Shown here one piece after another: positions 40,017 through 56,926 of a stretch of DNA of 64,000 bases. Source of the stretch: Eledone cirrhosa. Its lineage: Eukaryota. Below the pieces are notes generated by a model. It did no database searches, was not told where the DNA came from, and was given only the letters and a program-made list of their open reading frames with translations. The DNA lies in NCBI GenBank assembly GCA_964016885.1, contig OZ024742.1:356438001-356502000 (forward strand), given 5' to 3'. Each line of letters opens with the position of its first letter. Position 1 is the first letter of the stretch. Both the position numbers and the translations under genes were made by a program.

Positions 40017-41372
40017 TACATACAGGTACACATACATATATGCATGTATCAATTTAGCGGACGCTTATTATAACGCCCACTTTGTTCGTTTGTAAACAAA
40101 CTGAACAGCCTGAATTTATGCCGTACGGTGTTAAGGCAACCACGTGACCTTTTTGTTCAACATTGACACAGGAACAATGTACTAGTTTCAAGCTTGTTAG
40201 CTATCATCAGCCCCGTATACCCTTCTGCCAGATAGTTGAACGTTCGAAAGTATATATTTTCCTTATGAAAATTAACGGCTGAGCAGCCTAGTTTGCATAT
40301 CGACTGAGTTAAGTCGGTCAGGCGTACCGAGAACGATCAGTTGTAATAAAATGAAAACGAAATTTCATTTCTCACTCTTAGTACGTCACTTACTTAAACG
40401 TAAGTATGTATACGTACATAGATATATCTATACAGACGTACAGTAGCATGCATAAATATATATACATATATACATACAGGTACACATACATATATGCACG
40501 TATCAGTTTAGCGGACGCTTATTATAACGCCCGCTTTGTTCGTTTGTAAACAAACTGAACAGCCTGAATTTATGCCGTACGGTGTTAAGGCAACCACCTC
40601 ACCTTTTTGTTCAACAGTGACACAGGAACGATGTACTAGTTTCAAGCTTGTTAGCTATCATCAGCACCGTATACCCTTCTGCCAGATAGTTGAACGTTAT
40701 AAAGTATATACTTCCCTTATGAAAATTAACGGCTGAGCAGCCTAATTTGCATATCGAGTGAGTTAAGTCGATCAGGCGTACCGGGAACGATACGTTGTAA
40801 TAAAGTGAAAACGAAATTTCATTTCTCACTCTTAGTACGGCACTTACTTAAACGTATGTATGTATCTATACGTACATACATATATGTATACAGACGTACA
40901 GTAGCATGCATATATATATATATATATATACATATATACATACAGGTACACATACATATATGCACGTATTAGTTTAGCGGACGCTTATTATAACGCCCGC
41001 TTTGTTCGTTTGTAAACAAACTGAACAGCCTGAATTTATGCCGTATGGTGTTAAGGCAACCACGTGACCTTTTTGTTTAACACTGACACTGGAACGATGT
41101 ACTAGTTTCAACCTTGTTAGCTATCATCAGCACCGTATACCCTTCTGCCAGATAGTTGAACGTTCGAAAGTATATACTTTCTTTATGAAAATTAACGGCT
41201 GAGTAGCCTAATTTGCATATCGAGTGAGTTAAGTCGGTCCGGCGTACCGAGAACGATACGTTGTAATAAAATGAAAATGAAATTTTATTTCTCACTCCTA
41301 GTACGGCACTTACTTAAACGTAAGTATGTATGTATACGTACATACATATATCTATACAGACGTACAGTAGCA

Positions 41373-41440
<68 letters not shown>

Positions 41441-41876
41441 TACATACAGGTACACATACATATATGCACGTATCTGTTTAGCGGACGCTTATTATAACGC
41501 CCGCTTTGTTCGTTTGTAAACAAACTGAACAGCCTGAATTTATGCCGTACGGTGTTAAGGCAACCACGTCACCTTTTTGTTCAACACTGACACATGACAG
41601 ATGTACTAGTTTCAAGCTTGTTAGCTAGCATCAGTACCGTATACCCTTCTGCCAGATAGTTGAACGTTCGAAAGTATATACTTTCCTTATGAAAATTAAA
41701 GGCTGAGCAGCCTAATTTGCATATCTAGTGAGTTAAGTCAATCAGGCGTACCGAGAACGATACGTTGTAATAAAATGAAAACGAAATTTCATTTCTCACT
41801 CTTAGTACGGCACTTACTTAAACGTAAGTATGTATGTATACGTACATACATATATGTATACAGACGTACAGTAGCA

Positions 41877-41960
<84 letters not shown>

Positions 41961-43334
41961 TACATACAGGTACACATACATATATGCACGTATCTGTTTA
42001 GCGGACGCTTATTATAACGCCCGCTTTGTTCGTTTGTAAACAAACTGAACAGCCTGAATTTATGCCGTACGGTGTTAAGGCAACCACGTCACCTTTTTGT
42101 TCCACACTGACACAGGACAGATGTACTAGTTTCAAGCTTGTTAGCTATCATCAGCACCGTATACCCTTCTGCCAGATAGTTGAACATTCGAAAGTATATA
42201 CTTTGCTTATGAAAATTAACGGCTGAGTAGCCTAATTTGCATATCGAGTGAGTTAAGTCGGTCAGGCGTACCGAGAACGATACGTTGTAATAAAATGAAA
42301 ACGAAATTTCATTTCTCACTCTTAGTACGGCACTTACTTAAACTTAAGTATGTATGTATACGTACATACATATATGTATACAGACGTACAGTAGCATGCA
42401 TATATATGTATATATATATATACATATATACATACAGGTACACATACATATATGCACGTATCAGTTTAGCGGACGCTTAATATAACGCCGACATTGTTCG
42501 TTTGTAAACAAACTGAACAGCCAGAATTTATGCCGTACGGTGTTAAGGCAACCACTTCACCTATTTGTTCAACACTGACACAGGACCGATGTACTAGTTT
42601 CAAGCTTGTTAGCTATCATCAGCCCCTTATACCCTTCTGCCAGATAGTTGAACGTTCGAAAGTATATTCTTTCCTTATGAAAATTAACGGCTGAGCACCC
42701 TAATTTGCATATCGAGTGAGTTAAGTCGGTCAGGCGTACCGAAACGATACGTTGTAATAAAATGAAAACGAAATTTCATTTCTCACTCTTAGTACGGCAC
42801 TTACTTAAACGTAAGTATGTATGTATACGTACATACATATATGTATACAGACGTACAGTAGCATGCATATATATATATATATATATATACATATATACAT
42901 ACAGGTACACATACATATATGCACGTATCAGTTTAGCGGACGCTTATTATAACGCCCGCTTTGTTCGTTTGTAAACAAACTGAACAGCCTGAATTTATGC
43001 CGTACGGTGTTAAGGCAACCACGTCACCTTTTTGTTCAACACTGACACAGGAACGATGTACTAGTTTCAAGCTTGTTAGCTATCATCAGTACCGTATACC
43101 CTTCTGCCAGATAGTTGAACGTTAGAAAGTATATACTTCCCTTATGAAAATTAACGGCTAAGCAGCCTAATTTGCATATCGAGTGAGTTAAGTCGGTCAG
43201 GCGTACCGGAAACGATACGTTGTAATAAAGTGAAAACGAAATTTCATTTCTCACTCTTAGTACGGCACTTACTTAAACGTAAGTATGTATGTATACGTAC
43301 ATACATATATGTATACAGACGTACAGTAGCATGC

Positions 43335-43365
<31 letters not shown>

Positions 43366-43805
43366 TACATACAGGTACACATACATATATGCACGTATCA
43401 GTTTAGCGGACGCTTATTATAACGCCCGCTTTGTTCGTTTGTAAACAAACTGAACAGCCTGAATTTATGCCGTACGGTATTAAGGCAACCACGTCACCTT
43501 TTTGTTCAACACTGACACAGGAACGATGTACTAGTTTCAAGCTTGTTAGCTATCATCAGCACCGTATACCCTTCTGCCAGATAGTTGAACGTTAGAAAGT
43601 ATATACTTTCCCTATGAAAATTAACGGCTGTGCAGCCTAATTTGGATATCGAGTGAGTTAAGTCGGTCAGGCGTACCGAGAACGATAAGTTGTAATAACA
43701 TGAAAACGAAATTTCGTTTCTCACTCTTGGCACGGCACTTACTTAAACGTAAGTATATATGTATACGTACATACATATGTGTATACAGACGTACAGTAGC
43801 ATGCA

Positions 43806-43895
<90 letters not shown>

Positions 43896-44793
43896 TACAT
43901 ACAGCTACATATACATAGATGCACGTATCAGTTTAGCGGACGCTTATTATAACGCCCGCTTTGTTCGTTTGTAAACAAACTGAACAGCCTGAGTTTATGC
44001 CGTACGGTGTTAAGGCAACCACGTGACCTTTTTGTTCAACACTGACACAGGAACGATGTACTAGTTTCAAGCTTGTTAGCTATCATCAGCACCGTATACC
44101 CTTCTGCCAGATAGTTGAACGTTCGAAAGTATATACTTTCCTTATGAAAATTAACGGCTAAGCAACATAATTTGCATATCGAGTGAGTTAAGTCGGTCAG
44201 GCGTACCGAGAGCGATAAGTTGTAATAAAATGAAAACGAAATTTCATTTCTCACTCTTAATACGGCACTTACTTAAACATAAGTATGTATGTATACGTAC
44301 ATACATATATGTATACAGACGTACAGTAGCATGCATATATATATATATATACATATATACATACAGGTACACATACATATATGCACGTATCAGTTTAGCG
44401 GACGCTTATTATAACGCCCGCTTTGTTCGTTTGTAAACAAACTGAACAGCCTGAATTTATGCCGTACGGTTTTAAGGCAACCACGTCACCTTTTTGTTCA
44501 ACACTGACACAGGAAAGATGTACTAGTTTCAAGCTTGTTAGCTATCATCAGCACCGTATACGCTTCTGCCAGATAGTTGAACGTTCGAAAGTATATACTT
44601 TCCTTATGAAAATTAACGGCTAAGCAACATAATTTGCATATCGAGTGAGTTAAGTCGGTCAGGCGTACCGAGAGCGATGAGTTGTAATAAAATGAAAATG
44701 AAATTTCATTTCTCACTCTTAATACGGCACTTACTTAAACGTAAGTATGTATGTATACGTACATACATATATGTATACAGACGTACAGTAGCA

Positions 44794-44832
<39 letters not shown>

Positions 44833-45725
44833 CTACACATACATATATGCACGTATCAGTTTAGCGGACGCTTATTATAACGCCCGCTTTGTTCGTTTGT
44901 AAACAAACTGAACAGCCTGAATTTATGCCGTACGGTGTTAAGGCAACCACCTCACCTTTTTGTTCAACACTGACACAGGAACGATGTACTAGTTTCAAGC
45001 TTGTTAGCTATCATCAGCACCGTATACCCTTCTGCCAGATAGTTGAACGTTATAAAGTATATACTTCCCTTATGAAAATTAACGGCTGAGCAGCCTAATT
45101 TGCATATCGAGTGAGTTAAGTCGATCAGGCGTACCGGGAACGATACGTTGTAATAAAGTGAAAACGAAATTTCATTTCTCACTCTTAGTACGGCACTTAC
45201 TTAAACGTATGTATGTATCTATACGTACATACATATATGTATACAGACGTACAGTAGCATGCATATATATATATATATATATACATATATACATACAGGT
45301 ACACATACATATATGCACGTATTAGTTTAGCGGACGCTTATTATAACGCCCGCTTTGTTCGTTTGTAAACAAACTGAACAGCCTGAATTTATGCCGTATG
45401 GTGTTAAGGCAACCACGTGACCTTTTTGTTTAACACTGACACTGGAACGATGTGCTAGTTTCAACCTTGTTAGCTATCATCAGCACCGTATACCCTTCTG
45501 CCAGATAGTTGAACGTTCGAAAGTATATACTTTCTTTATGAAAATTAACGGCTGAGTAGCCTAATTTGCATATCGAGTGAGTTAAGTCGGTCCGGCGTAC
45601 CGAGAACGATACGTTGTAATAAAATGAAAATGAAATTTTATTTCTCACTCCTAGTACGGCACTTACTTAAACGTAAGTATGTATGTATACGTACATACAT
45701 ATATCTATACAGACGTACAGTAGCA

Positions 45726-45809
<84 letters not shown>

Positions 45810-46245
45810 TACATACAGGTACACATACATATATGCACGTATCTGTTTAGCGGACGCTTATTATAACGCCCGCTTTGTTCGTTTGTAAACAAACTGAACA
45901 GCCTGAATTTATGCCGTACGGTGTTAAGGCAACCACGTCACCTTTTTGTTCAACACTGACACATGACAGATGTACTAGTTTCAAGCTTGTTAGCTAGCAT
46001 CAGTACCGTATACCCTTCTGCCAGATAGTTGAACGTTCGAAAGTATATACTTTCCTTATGAAAATTAAAGGCTGAGCAGCCTAATTTGCATATCTAGTGA
46101 GTTAAGTCAATCAGGCGTACCGAGAACGATACGTTGTAATAAAATGAAAACGAAATTTCATTTCTCACTCTTAGTACGGCACTTACTTAAACGTAAGTAT
46201 GTATGTATACGTACATACATATATGTATACAGACGTACAGTAGCA

Positions 46246-46289
<44 letters not shown>

Positions 46290-47195
46290 TACATACAGGT
46301 ACACATACATATATGCACGTATCTGTTTAGCGGACGCTTATTATAACGCCCGCTTTGTTCGTTTGTAAACAAACTGAACAGCCTGAATTTATGCCGTACG
46401 GTGTTAAGGCAACCACGTCACCTTTTTGTTCCACACTGACACAGGACAGATGTACTAGTTTCAAGCTTGTTAGCTATCATCAGCACCGTATACCCTTCTG
46501 CCAGATAGTTGAACATTCGAAAGTATATACTTTGCTTATGAAAATTAACGGCTGAGTAGCCTAATTTGCATATCGAGTGAGTTAAGTCGGTCAGGCGTAC
46601 CGAGAACGATACGTTGTAATAAAATGAAAACGAAATTTCATTTCTCACTCTTAGTACGGCACTTACTTAAACTTAAGTATGTATGTATACGTACATACAT
46701 ATATGTATACAGACGTACAGTAGCATGCATATATATGTATATATATATATACATATATACATACAGGTACACATACATATATGCACGTATCAGTTTAGCG
46801 GACGCTTAATATAACGCCGACATTGTTCGTTTGTAAACAAACTGAACAGCCAGAATTTATGCCGTACGGTGTTAAGGCAACCACTTCACCTATTTGTTCA
46901 ACACTGACACAGGACCGATGTACTAGTTTCAAGCTTGTTAGCTATCATCAGCCCCTTATACCCTTCTGCCAGATAGTTGAACGTTCGAAAGTATATTCTT
47001 TCCTTATGAAAATTAACGGCTGAGCACCCTAATTTGCATATCGAGTGAGTTAAGTCGGTCAGGCGTACCGAAACGATACGTTGTAATAAAATGAAAACGA
47101 AATTTCATTTCTCACTCTTAGTACGGCACTTACTTAAACGTAAGTATGTATGTATACGTACATACATATATGTATACAGACGTACAGTAGCATGC

Positions 47196-47226
<31 letters not shown>

Positions 47227-47662
47227 TACATACAGGTACACATACATATATGCACGTATCAGTTTAGCGGACGCTTATTATAACGCCCGCTTTGTTCGTT
47301 TGTAAACAAACTGAACAGCCTGAATTTATGCCGTACGGTGTTAAGGCAACCACGTCACCTTTTTGTTCAACACTGACACAGGAACGATGTACTAGTTTCA
47401 AGCTTGTTAGCTATCATCAGTACCGTATACCCTTCTGCCAGATAGTTGAACGTTAGAAAGTATATACTTCCCTTATGAAAATTAACGGCTAAGCAGCCTA
47501 ATTTGCATATCGAGTGAGTTAAGTCGGTCAGGCGTACCGGAAACGATACGTTGTAATAAAGTGAAAACGAAATTTCATTTCTCACTCTTAGTACGGCACT
47601 TACTTAAACGTAAGTATGTATGTATACGTACATACATATATGTATACAGACGTACAGTAGCA

Positions 47663-47702
<40 letters not shown>

Positions 47703-48142
47703 TACATACAGGTACACATACATATATGCACGTATCAGTTTAGCGGACGCTTATTATAACGCCCGCTTTGTTCGTTTGTAAACAAACTGAACAGCCTGAA
47801 TTTATGCCGTACGGTATTAAGGCAACCACGTCACCTTTTTGTTCAACACTGACACAGGAACGATGTACTAGTTTCAAGCTTGTTAGCTATCATCAGCACC
47901 GTATACCCTTCTGCCAGATAGTTGAACGTTAGAAAGTATATACTTTCCCTATGAAAATTAACGGCTGTGCAGCCTAATTTGGATATCGAGTGAGTTAAGT
48001 CGGTCAGGCGTACCGAGAACGATAAGTTGTAATAACATGAAAACGAAATTTCGTTTCTCACTCTTGGCACGGCACTTACTTAAACGTAAGTATATATGTA
48101 TACGTACATACATATGTGTATACAGACGTACAGTAGCATGCA

Positions 48143-48238
<96 letters not shown>

Positions 48239-49136
48239 TACATACAGCTACATATACATAGATGCACGTATCAGTTTAGCGGACGCTTATTATAACGCCC
48301 GCTTTGTTCGTTTGTAAACAAACTGAACAGCCTGAGTTTATGCCGTACGGTGTTAAGGCAACCACGTGACCTTTTTGTTCAACACTGACACAGGAACGAT
48401 GTACTAGTTTCAAGCTTGTTAGCTATCATCAGCACCGTATACCCTTCTGCCAGATAGTTGAACGTTCGAAAGTATATACTTTCCTTATGAAAATTAACGG
48501 CTAAGCAACATAATTTGCATATCGAGTGAGTTAAGTCGGTCAGGCGTACCGAGAGCGATAAGTTGTAATAAAATGAAAACGAAATTTCATTTCTCACTCT
48601 TAATACGGCACTTACTTAAACATAAGTATGTATGTATACGTACATACATATATGTATACAGACGTACAGTAGCATGCATATATATATATATATACATATA
48701 TACATACAGGTACACATACATATATGCACGTATCAGTTTAGCGGACGCTTATTATAACGCCCGCTTTGTTCGTTTGTAAACAAACTGAACAGCCTGAATT
48801 TATGCCGTACGGTTTTAAGGCAACCACGTCACCTTTTTGTTCAACACTGACACAGGAAAGATGTACTAGTTTCAAGCTTGTTAGCTATCATCAGCACCGT
48901 ATACGCTTCTGCCAGATAGTTGAACGTTCGAAAGTATATACTTTCCTTATGAAAATTAACGGCTAAGCAACATAATTTGCATATCGAGTGAGTTAAGTCG
49001 GTCAGGCGTACCGAGAGCGATGAGTTGTAATAAAATGAAAATGAAATTTCATTTCTCACTCTTAATACGGCACTTACTTAAACGTAAGTATGTATGTATA
49101 CGTACATACATATATGTATACAGACGTACAGTAGCA

Positions 49137-49175
<39 letters not shown>

Positions 49176-50537
49176 CTACACATACATATATGCACGTATC
49201 AGTTTAGCGGACGCTTATTATAACGCCCGCTTTGTTCGTTTGTAAACAATTTGAACAGCCTGAATTTATGCCGTACGGTGTTAAGGCAACCTCGTCATCT
49301 TTTTGTTCAACACTGACACAGGAACGATGTACTAGTTTCAAGCTTGTTAGCTATCATCAGCACCGTATACCCTTCTGCCAGATAGTTGAACGTTAGAAAG
49401 TATATACTTCCCTTATGAAAATTAACGGCTAAGCAGCCTAATTTGCATATCGAGTGAGTTAAGTCGGTCAGGCGTACCGGAAACGATACGTTGTAATAAA
49501 GTGAAAACGAAATTTCATTTCTCACTCTTAGTACGGCACTTACTTAAACTTAAGTATGTATGTATACGTACATACATATATGTATACAGACGTACAGTAG
49601 CATGCATATATATGTATATATATATATACATATATACATACAGGTACACATACATATATGCACGTATCAGTTTAGCGGACGCTTAATATAACGCCGACAT
49701 TGTTCGTTTGTAAACAAACTGAACAGCCAGAATTTATGCCGTACGGTGTTAAGGCAACCACTTCACCTATTTGTTCAACACTGACACAGGACCGATGTAC
49801 TAGTTTCAAGCTTGTTAGCTATCATCAGCCCCTTATACCCTTCTGCCAGATAGTTGAACGTTCGAAAGTATATTCTTTCCTTATGAAAATTAACGGCTGA
49901 GCACCCTAATTTGCATATCGAGTGAGTTAAGTCGGTCAGGCGTACCGAAACGATACGTTGTAATAAAATGAAAACGAAATTTCATTTCTCACTCTTAGTA
50001 CGGCACTTACTTAAACGTAAGTATGTATGTATACGTACATACATATATGTATACAGACGTACAGTAGCATGCATATATATATATATATATATATACATAT
50101 ATACATACAGGTACACATACATATATGCACGTATCAGTTTAGCGGACGCTTATTATAACGCCCGCTTTGTTCGTTTGCAAACAAACTGAACAGCCTGAAT
50201 TTATGCCGTACGGTGTTAAGGCAACCACGTCACCTTTTTGTTCAACACTGACACAGGAACGATGTACTAGTTTCAAGCTTGTTAGCTATCATCAGTACCG
50301 TATACCCTTCTGCCAGATAGTTGAACGTTAGAAAGTATATACTTCCCTTATGAAAATTAACGGCTAAGCAGCCTAATTTGCATATCGAGTGAGTTAAGTC
50401 GGTCAGGCGTACCGGAAACGATACGTTGTAATAAAGTGAAAACGAAATTTCATTTCTCACTCTTAGTACGGCACTTACTTAAACGTAAGTATGTATGTAT
50501 ACGTACATACATATATGTATACAGACGTACAGTAGCA

Positions 50538-50575
<38 letters not shown>

Positions 50576-51015
50576 TACATACAGGTACACATACATATAT
50601 GCACGTATCAGTTTAGCGGACGCTTATTATAACGCCCGCTTTGTTCGTTTGTAAACAAACTGAACAGCCTGAATTTATGCCGTACGGTATTAAGGCAACC
50701 ACGTCACCTTTTTGTTCAACACTGACACAGGAACGATGTACTAGTTTCAAGCTTGTTAGCTATCATCAGCACCGTATACCCTTCTGCCAGATAGTTGAAC
50801 GTTAGAAAATATATACTTTCCCTATGAAAATTAACGGCTGTGCAGCCTAATTTGGATATCGAGTGAGTTAAGTCGGTCAGGCGTACCGAGAACGATAAGT
50901 TGTAATAACATGAAAACGAAATTTCATTTCTCACTCTTGGCACGGCACTTACTTAAACGTAAGTATATATGTATACGTACATACATATGTGTATACAGAC
51001 GTACAGTAGCATGCA

Positions 51016-51105
<90 letters not shown>

Positions 51106-52003
51106 TACATACAGCTACATATACATAGATGCACGTATCAGTTTAGCGGACGCTTATTATAACGCCCGCTTTGTTCGTTTGTAAACAAACTGAACAGCCT
51201 GAGTTTATGCCGTACGGTGTTAAGGCAACCACGTGACCTTTTTGTTCAACACTGACACAGGAACGATGTACTAGTTTCAAGCTTGTTAGCTATCATCAGC
51301 ACCGTATACCCTTCTGCCAGATAGTTGAACGTTCGAAAGTATATACTTTCCTTATGAAAATTAACGGCTAAGCAACATAATTTGCATATCGAGTGAGTTA
51401 AGTCGGTCAGGCGTACCGAGAGCGATAAGTTGTAATAAAATGAAAACGAAATTTCATTTCTCACTCTTAATACGGCACTTACTTAAACATAAGTATGTAT
51501 ATATACGTACATACATATATGTATACAGACGTACAGTAGCATGCATATATATATATATATACATATATACATACAGGTACACATACATATATGCACGTAT
51601 CAGTTTAGCGGACGCTTATTATAACGCCCGCTTTGTTCGTTTGTAAACAAACTGAACAGCCTGAATTTATGCCGTACGGTTTTAAGGCAACCACGTCACC
51701 TTTTTGTTCAACACTGACACAGGAAAGATGTACTAGTTTCAAGCTTGTTAGCTATCATCAGCACCGTATACGCTTCTGCCAGATAGTTGAACGTTCGAAA
51801 GTATATACTTTCCTTATGAAAATTAACGGCTAAGCAACATAATTTGCATATCGAGTGAGTTAAGTCGGTCAGGCGTACCGAGAGCGATGAGTTGTAATAA
51901 AATGAAAATGAAATTTCATTTCTCACTCTTAATACGGCACTTACTTAAACGTAAGTATGTATGTATACGTACATACATATATGTATACAGACGTACAGTA
52001 GCA

Positions 52004-52042
<39 letters not shown>

Positions 52043-52497
52043 CTACACATACATATATGCACGTATCAGTTTAGCGGACGCTTATTATAACGCCCGCTTT
52101 GTTCGTTTGTAAACAATTTGAACAGCCTGAATTTATGCCGTACGGTGTTAAGGCAACCTCGTCATCTTTTTGTTCAACACTGACACAGGAACGATGTACT
52201 AGTTTCAAGCTTGTTAGCTATCATCAGCACCGTATACCCTTCTGCCAGATAGTTGAACGTCCGAAAGTATATACTTTCCTTATGAAAATTAACGGCTGAG
52301 CAGCCTAATTTGCATATCGAGTGATTTCAGTCGGTTAGGCGTACCGAGAAAGATACTTTGTAATAAAATGAAAACGAAATTTCATTACTCACTCTTAGTA
52401 CGGCACTTACTTAAACGTAAGTATGTATGTATACGTACATAGATATATGTATACAGACGTACAGTAGCATGCATATTTATATCTATATATATATCTA

Positions 52498-52559
<62 letters not shown>

Positions 52560-53928
52560 TACATACAGGTACACATACATATATGCACGTATCAGTTTAG
52601 CGGACGCGTATTATAACGCCCGCTTTGTTCGTTTGTAAACAAACTGAACAGCCTGAATTTATACCGTACGGTGTTAAGGCAACCACGTCACCTTTTTGTT
52701 CAACACTGACACAGGACAGATGTACTAGTTTCAAGCTTGTTAGCTATCATCAGCACCGTATACCCTTCTGCCAGATAGTTGAACATTCGAAAGTATATAC
52801 TTTCCTTATGAAAATTAACGGCTGAGCAGCCTAATTTGCATATCGAGTGAGTTAAGTCGGTCAGGCGTACCGAGAACGACAAGTTGTAATAAAATGAAAA
52901 CGAAATTTCATTTCACACTCTTAGTACGGCACTTACTTAAACGTAAGTATGTATGTATACGTACATACATATATGTATACAGACGTACAGTAGCATGCAT
53001 ATATATATATATTTATATATATATACATATATACATACAGGTACACATAGATATATGCACGTATCAGTTTAGCGGACGCTTATTATAACGCCTGCTTTGT
53101 TCGTTTGTAAACAAACTGAACAGCCTGAATTTATGCCGTACGGTGTTAAGGCAACCACGTGACCTTTTTGTTCAACACTGACACAGGAACAATGTACTAG
53201 TTTCAAGCTTGTTAGCTATCATCAGCACCGTATACCCTTCTGCCAGATAGTTGAACGTTCGAAAGTATATACTTTCCTTATGAAAATTAACCGCTAAGCA
53301 ACATAATTTGCATATCGAGTGAGTTAAGTCGGTCAGGCGTACCGAGAGCGATAAGTTGTAATAAAATGAAAACGAAATTTCATTTCTCACTCTTAATACG
53401 GCACTTACTTAAACATAAGTATGTATGTATACGTACATACATATATGTATACAGACGTACAGTAGCATGCATATATATATATATATACATATATACATAC
53501 AGGTACACATACATATATGCACGTATCAGTTTAGCGGACGCTTATTATAACGCCCGCTTTGTTCGTTTGTAAACAAACTGAACAGCCTGAATTTATGCCG
53601 TACGGTGTTAAGGCAACCACGTCACCTTTTTGTTCAACACTGACACAGGAAAGATGTACTAGTTTCAAGCTTGTTAGCTATCATCAGCACCGTATACGCT
53701 TCTGCTAGATAGTTGAACGTTCGAAAGTATATACTTTCCTTATGAAAATTAACGGCTAAGCAACATAATTTGCATATCGAGTGAGTTAAGTCGGTCAGGC
53801 GTACCGAGAGCGATAAGTTGTAATAAAATGAAAACGAAATTTCATTTCTCACTGTAATACGGCACTTACTTAAACGTAAGTATGTATGTATACGTACATA
53901 CATATATGTATACAGACGTACAGTAGCA

Positions 53929-53974
<46 letters not shown>

Positions 53975-55652
53975 CAGCTACACATACATATATGCACGTA
54001 TCAGTTTAGCGGACGCTTATTATAACGCCCGCTTTGTTTGTTTGTAAACAAACTGAACAGCCTGAATTTATGCCGTACGGTGTTAATGCAACCACGTCAC
54101 CTTTTTGTTCAACACTGACACAGGAACGATGTACTAGTTTCAAGCTTGTTAGCTATTATCAGCACCGTATACCCTTCTGCCAGATAGTTGAACGTTCGAA
54201 AGTATATACTTTCCTTATGAAAATTAACGGCTGAGCAGCCTAATTTGCATATCGAGTGAGTTAAGTCGGTCAGGCGTACCGAGAACGATAAGTTGTAATA
54301 AAATGAAAACGAAATTTCATTTCACACTCTTAGTACGGCACTTACTTAAACGTAAGTATGTATGTATACGTACATACATATATGTATACAGACGTACAGT
54401 AGCATGCATATATATATATATTTATATATATATACATATATACATACAGGTACACATAGATATATGCACGTATCAGTTTAGCGGACGCTTATTATAACGC
54501 CTGCTTTGTTCGTTTGTAAACAAACTGAACAGCCTGAATTTATGCCGTACGGTGTTAAGGCAACCACGTCACCTTTTTCTTCAACACTGACACAGGACAG
54601 ATGTACTAGTTTCAAGCTTGTTAGCTATCATCAGCACCGTATACCCTTCTGCCAGATAGTTGAACGTTCGAAAGTATATACTTTCCTTATGAAAATTAAC
54701 GGCTGAGCAGCCTAATTTGCATATCGAGTGAGTTAAGTCGGTCAGGCGTACCGAGAACAGTAAGTTGTAATAAAATGAAAACGAAATTTCATTTCTCACT
54801 CTTAGTACGGCACTTACTTAAACGTAAGTATGTATGTATACGTACATACATATATGTATACAGACGTACAGTAGCATGCATATATATTTATATATATATA
54901 TATATATATATACATATACACATACAGGTACACATACATATATGCACGTATCAGTTTAGCGGACGCTTAATTATAACGCCCGCTTTGTTCGTTTGTAAAC
55001 AAACTTAACAGCCTGAATTTATGACGTACGGTGTTAAGGCAACCACGTGACCTTTTTGTTCAACACTGACACAGGAACGATGTACTAGTTTCAAGCTTTT
55101 TAGCTATCATCAGCACCGTATACCCTTCTGCCAGATAGTTGAACGTTCGAAAGTATATACTTTCCTTATGAAAATTAACGGCTGAGCAGCCTAATTTGCA
55201 TATCGAGTGAGTTAAGTCGGTCAGGCGTACCGAGAACGATAAGTTGTAATAAAATGAAAACGAAATTTCATTTCTCACACTGCCGTACTAAGAGTGAGAA
55301 ATGAAATTTCGTTTTCATTTTATTACAACTTATCGTTCTCGGTACGCCTGACCGACTTAACTCACTCGATATGCAAATTAGGTTGCTCATCCGTTAATTT
55401 TCATAAGGAATTTATATAATTTCGAACGTTCAACTATCTGGCAGAAGGGTATACGGTGCTGATGATGGCTAACAAGCTTGAAACTAGTACATCGTTCTTG
55501 TGTCAGTGTTGAACAAAAAGGTGTCGTGGTTGCCTTAACACCGTACGGCATAAATTCAGGCTGTTCAGTTTGTTTACAAACGAATAAAGCGGGCGTTATA
55601 ATAAGCGTCCGCTAAACTGATACGTGCATATATGTATGTGTACCTGTATGTA

Positions 55653-55685
<33 letters not shown>

Positions 55686-55827
55686 GCATGCTACTGTACG
55701 TCTGTATACATATATGTATGTACGTATACGTACTTACTTACGTTTATGTAAGTGCCGTACCAAGAGTGAGAAATGAAATTTCGTTTTCATTTTATTACAA
55801 CTTATATATATATATGTATATATATAT

Positions 55828-55910
<83 letters not shown>

Positions 55911-55911
55911 C

Positions 55912-55967
<56 letters not shown>

Positions 55968-56007
55968 GTATATATATATATAGGTATATATATGTATATA
56001 TATATAT

Positions 56008-56926
56008 TTCGTTTCTGAATTTGTTTAGAAAGATTCTTTATCTGAAATCGTGTGTTGAAACCGATGTTGTTATACTGTGGGAGGGTCATGTTGCCAATAA
56101 GAAACACACGCACTAGTTGCTTTCACTTCAAATTATTATAATAAATTTATAATAAATTTATAAATTTATAAATTTCTGGTTCGTTGGTTGGTTCTACAAC
56201 CAGATAGTTGTTTATATATTGTTATAGTTCTTTCGTCACACACTCTGTGACCTCTTCAGTGACTGGGGATTCCTTTTTTTGTTTCTGTGCCTCTCCTTTG
56301 TTCTGTCCTACGCCATTTTGTTTCTGTGTGTGTGTTGTGTGCTCAGTCTGCGCATGCGCCACATCCGGGTGTCTGTGTGTGTTTATGTTCATTTATTTAT
56401 TTGTTTATTTACATGTTACTGGTTGGTTGTTTGTTCTATGTGTGTGTGTGTTTTCATTTTGTCCTTAATTTTAAGTTGTGATGTTGCTGTTCCACTCATA
56501 TTTACCATTTAATTTTGGTTGTAATTCTTTTATGTTTATTGCCTCTGTAATTTGTCTAAACATTGCGTCTTTTCTGTGTGTAGATTCTATTTTTATTTCT
56601 ATGTTCTCTAATTTACCCTTGTGTTCTATTTTAGCATGTCGGTAGAGTACAGATGATTCTTTACTATCTTGAAGGTCTCGCCAGTGTTCATTTATCCGTT
56701 CTCCTACACTACGAGCTGTCTCACCTATGTACACTAACTTTTTGTCTCTACATTGTCCTTCAGTACATCTTATGCTATACACTACATTTCTAGTTTTGCA
56801 GTTAATATGGGGGCTTATTTTACAGGTTATACATTTCTTATCTATAGATGAGGGTCTTTGAAAAGGGTATGTCTTGCTAATAAGTGTTTTTACGGAGGTA
56901 CCTGGTCTTTCTACTATCTTAATATT
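56008..56926 (-). mobile_element. 3' fragment of another PLE: GIY-YIG endonuclease (56471-~56920) and 3' region with an HHR-like motif at ~56221-56264
   Basis: KKCITC..NCKTRNVVYSIRC...VYIGETARSVGERINEH...RQITEAINIKELQPKLNGKYEW. The minus strand also reads CTGAAGA-gGTCACA gagtg TGTGAC-GAAAGAACTA. Confidence 0.85.
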
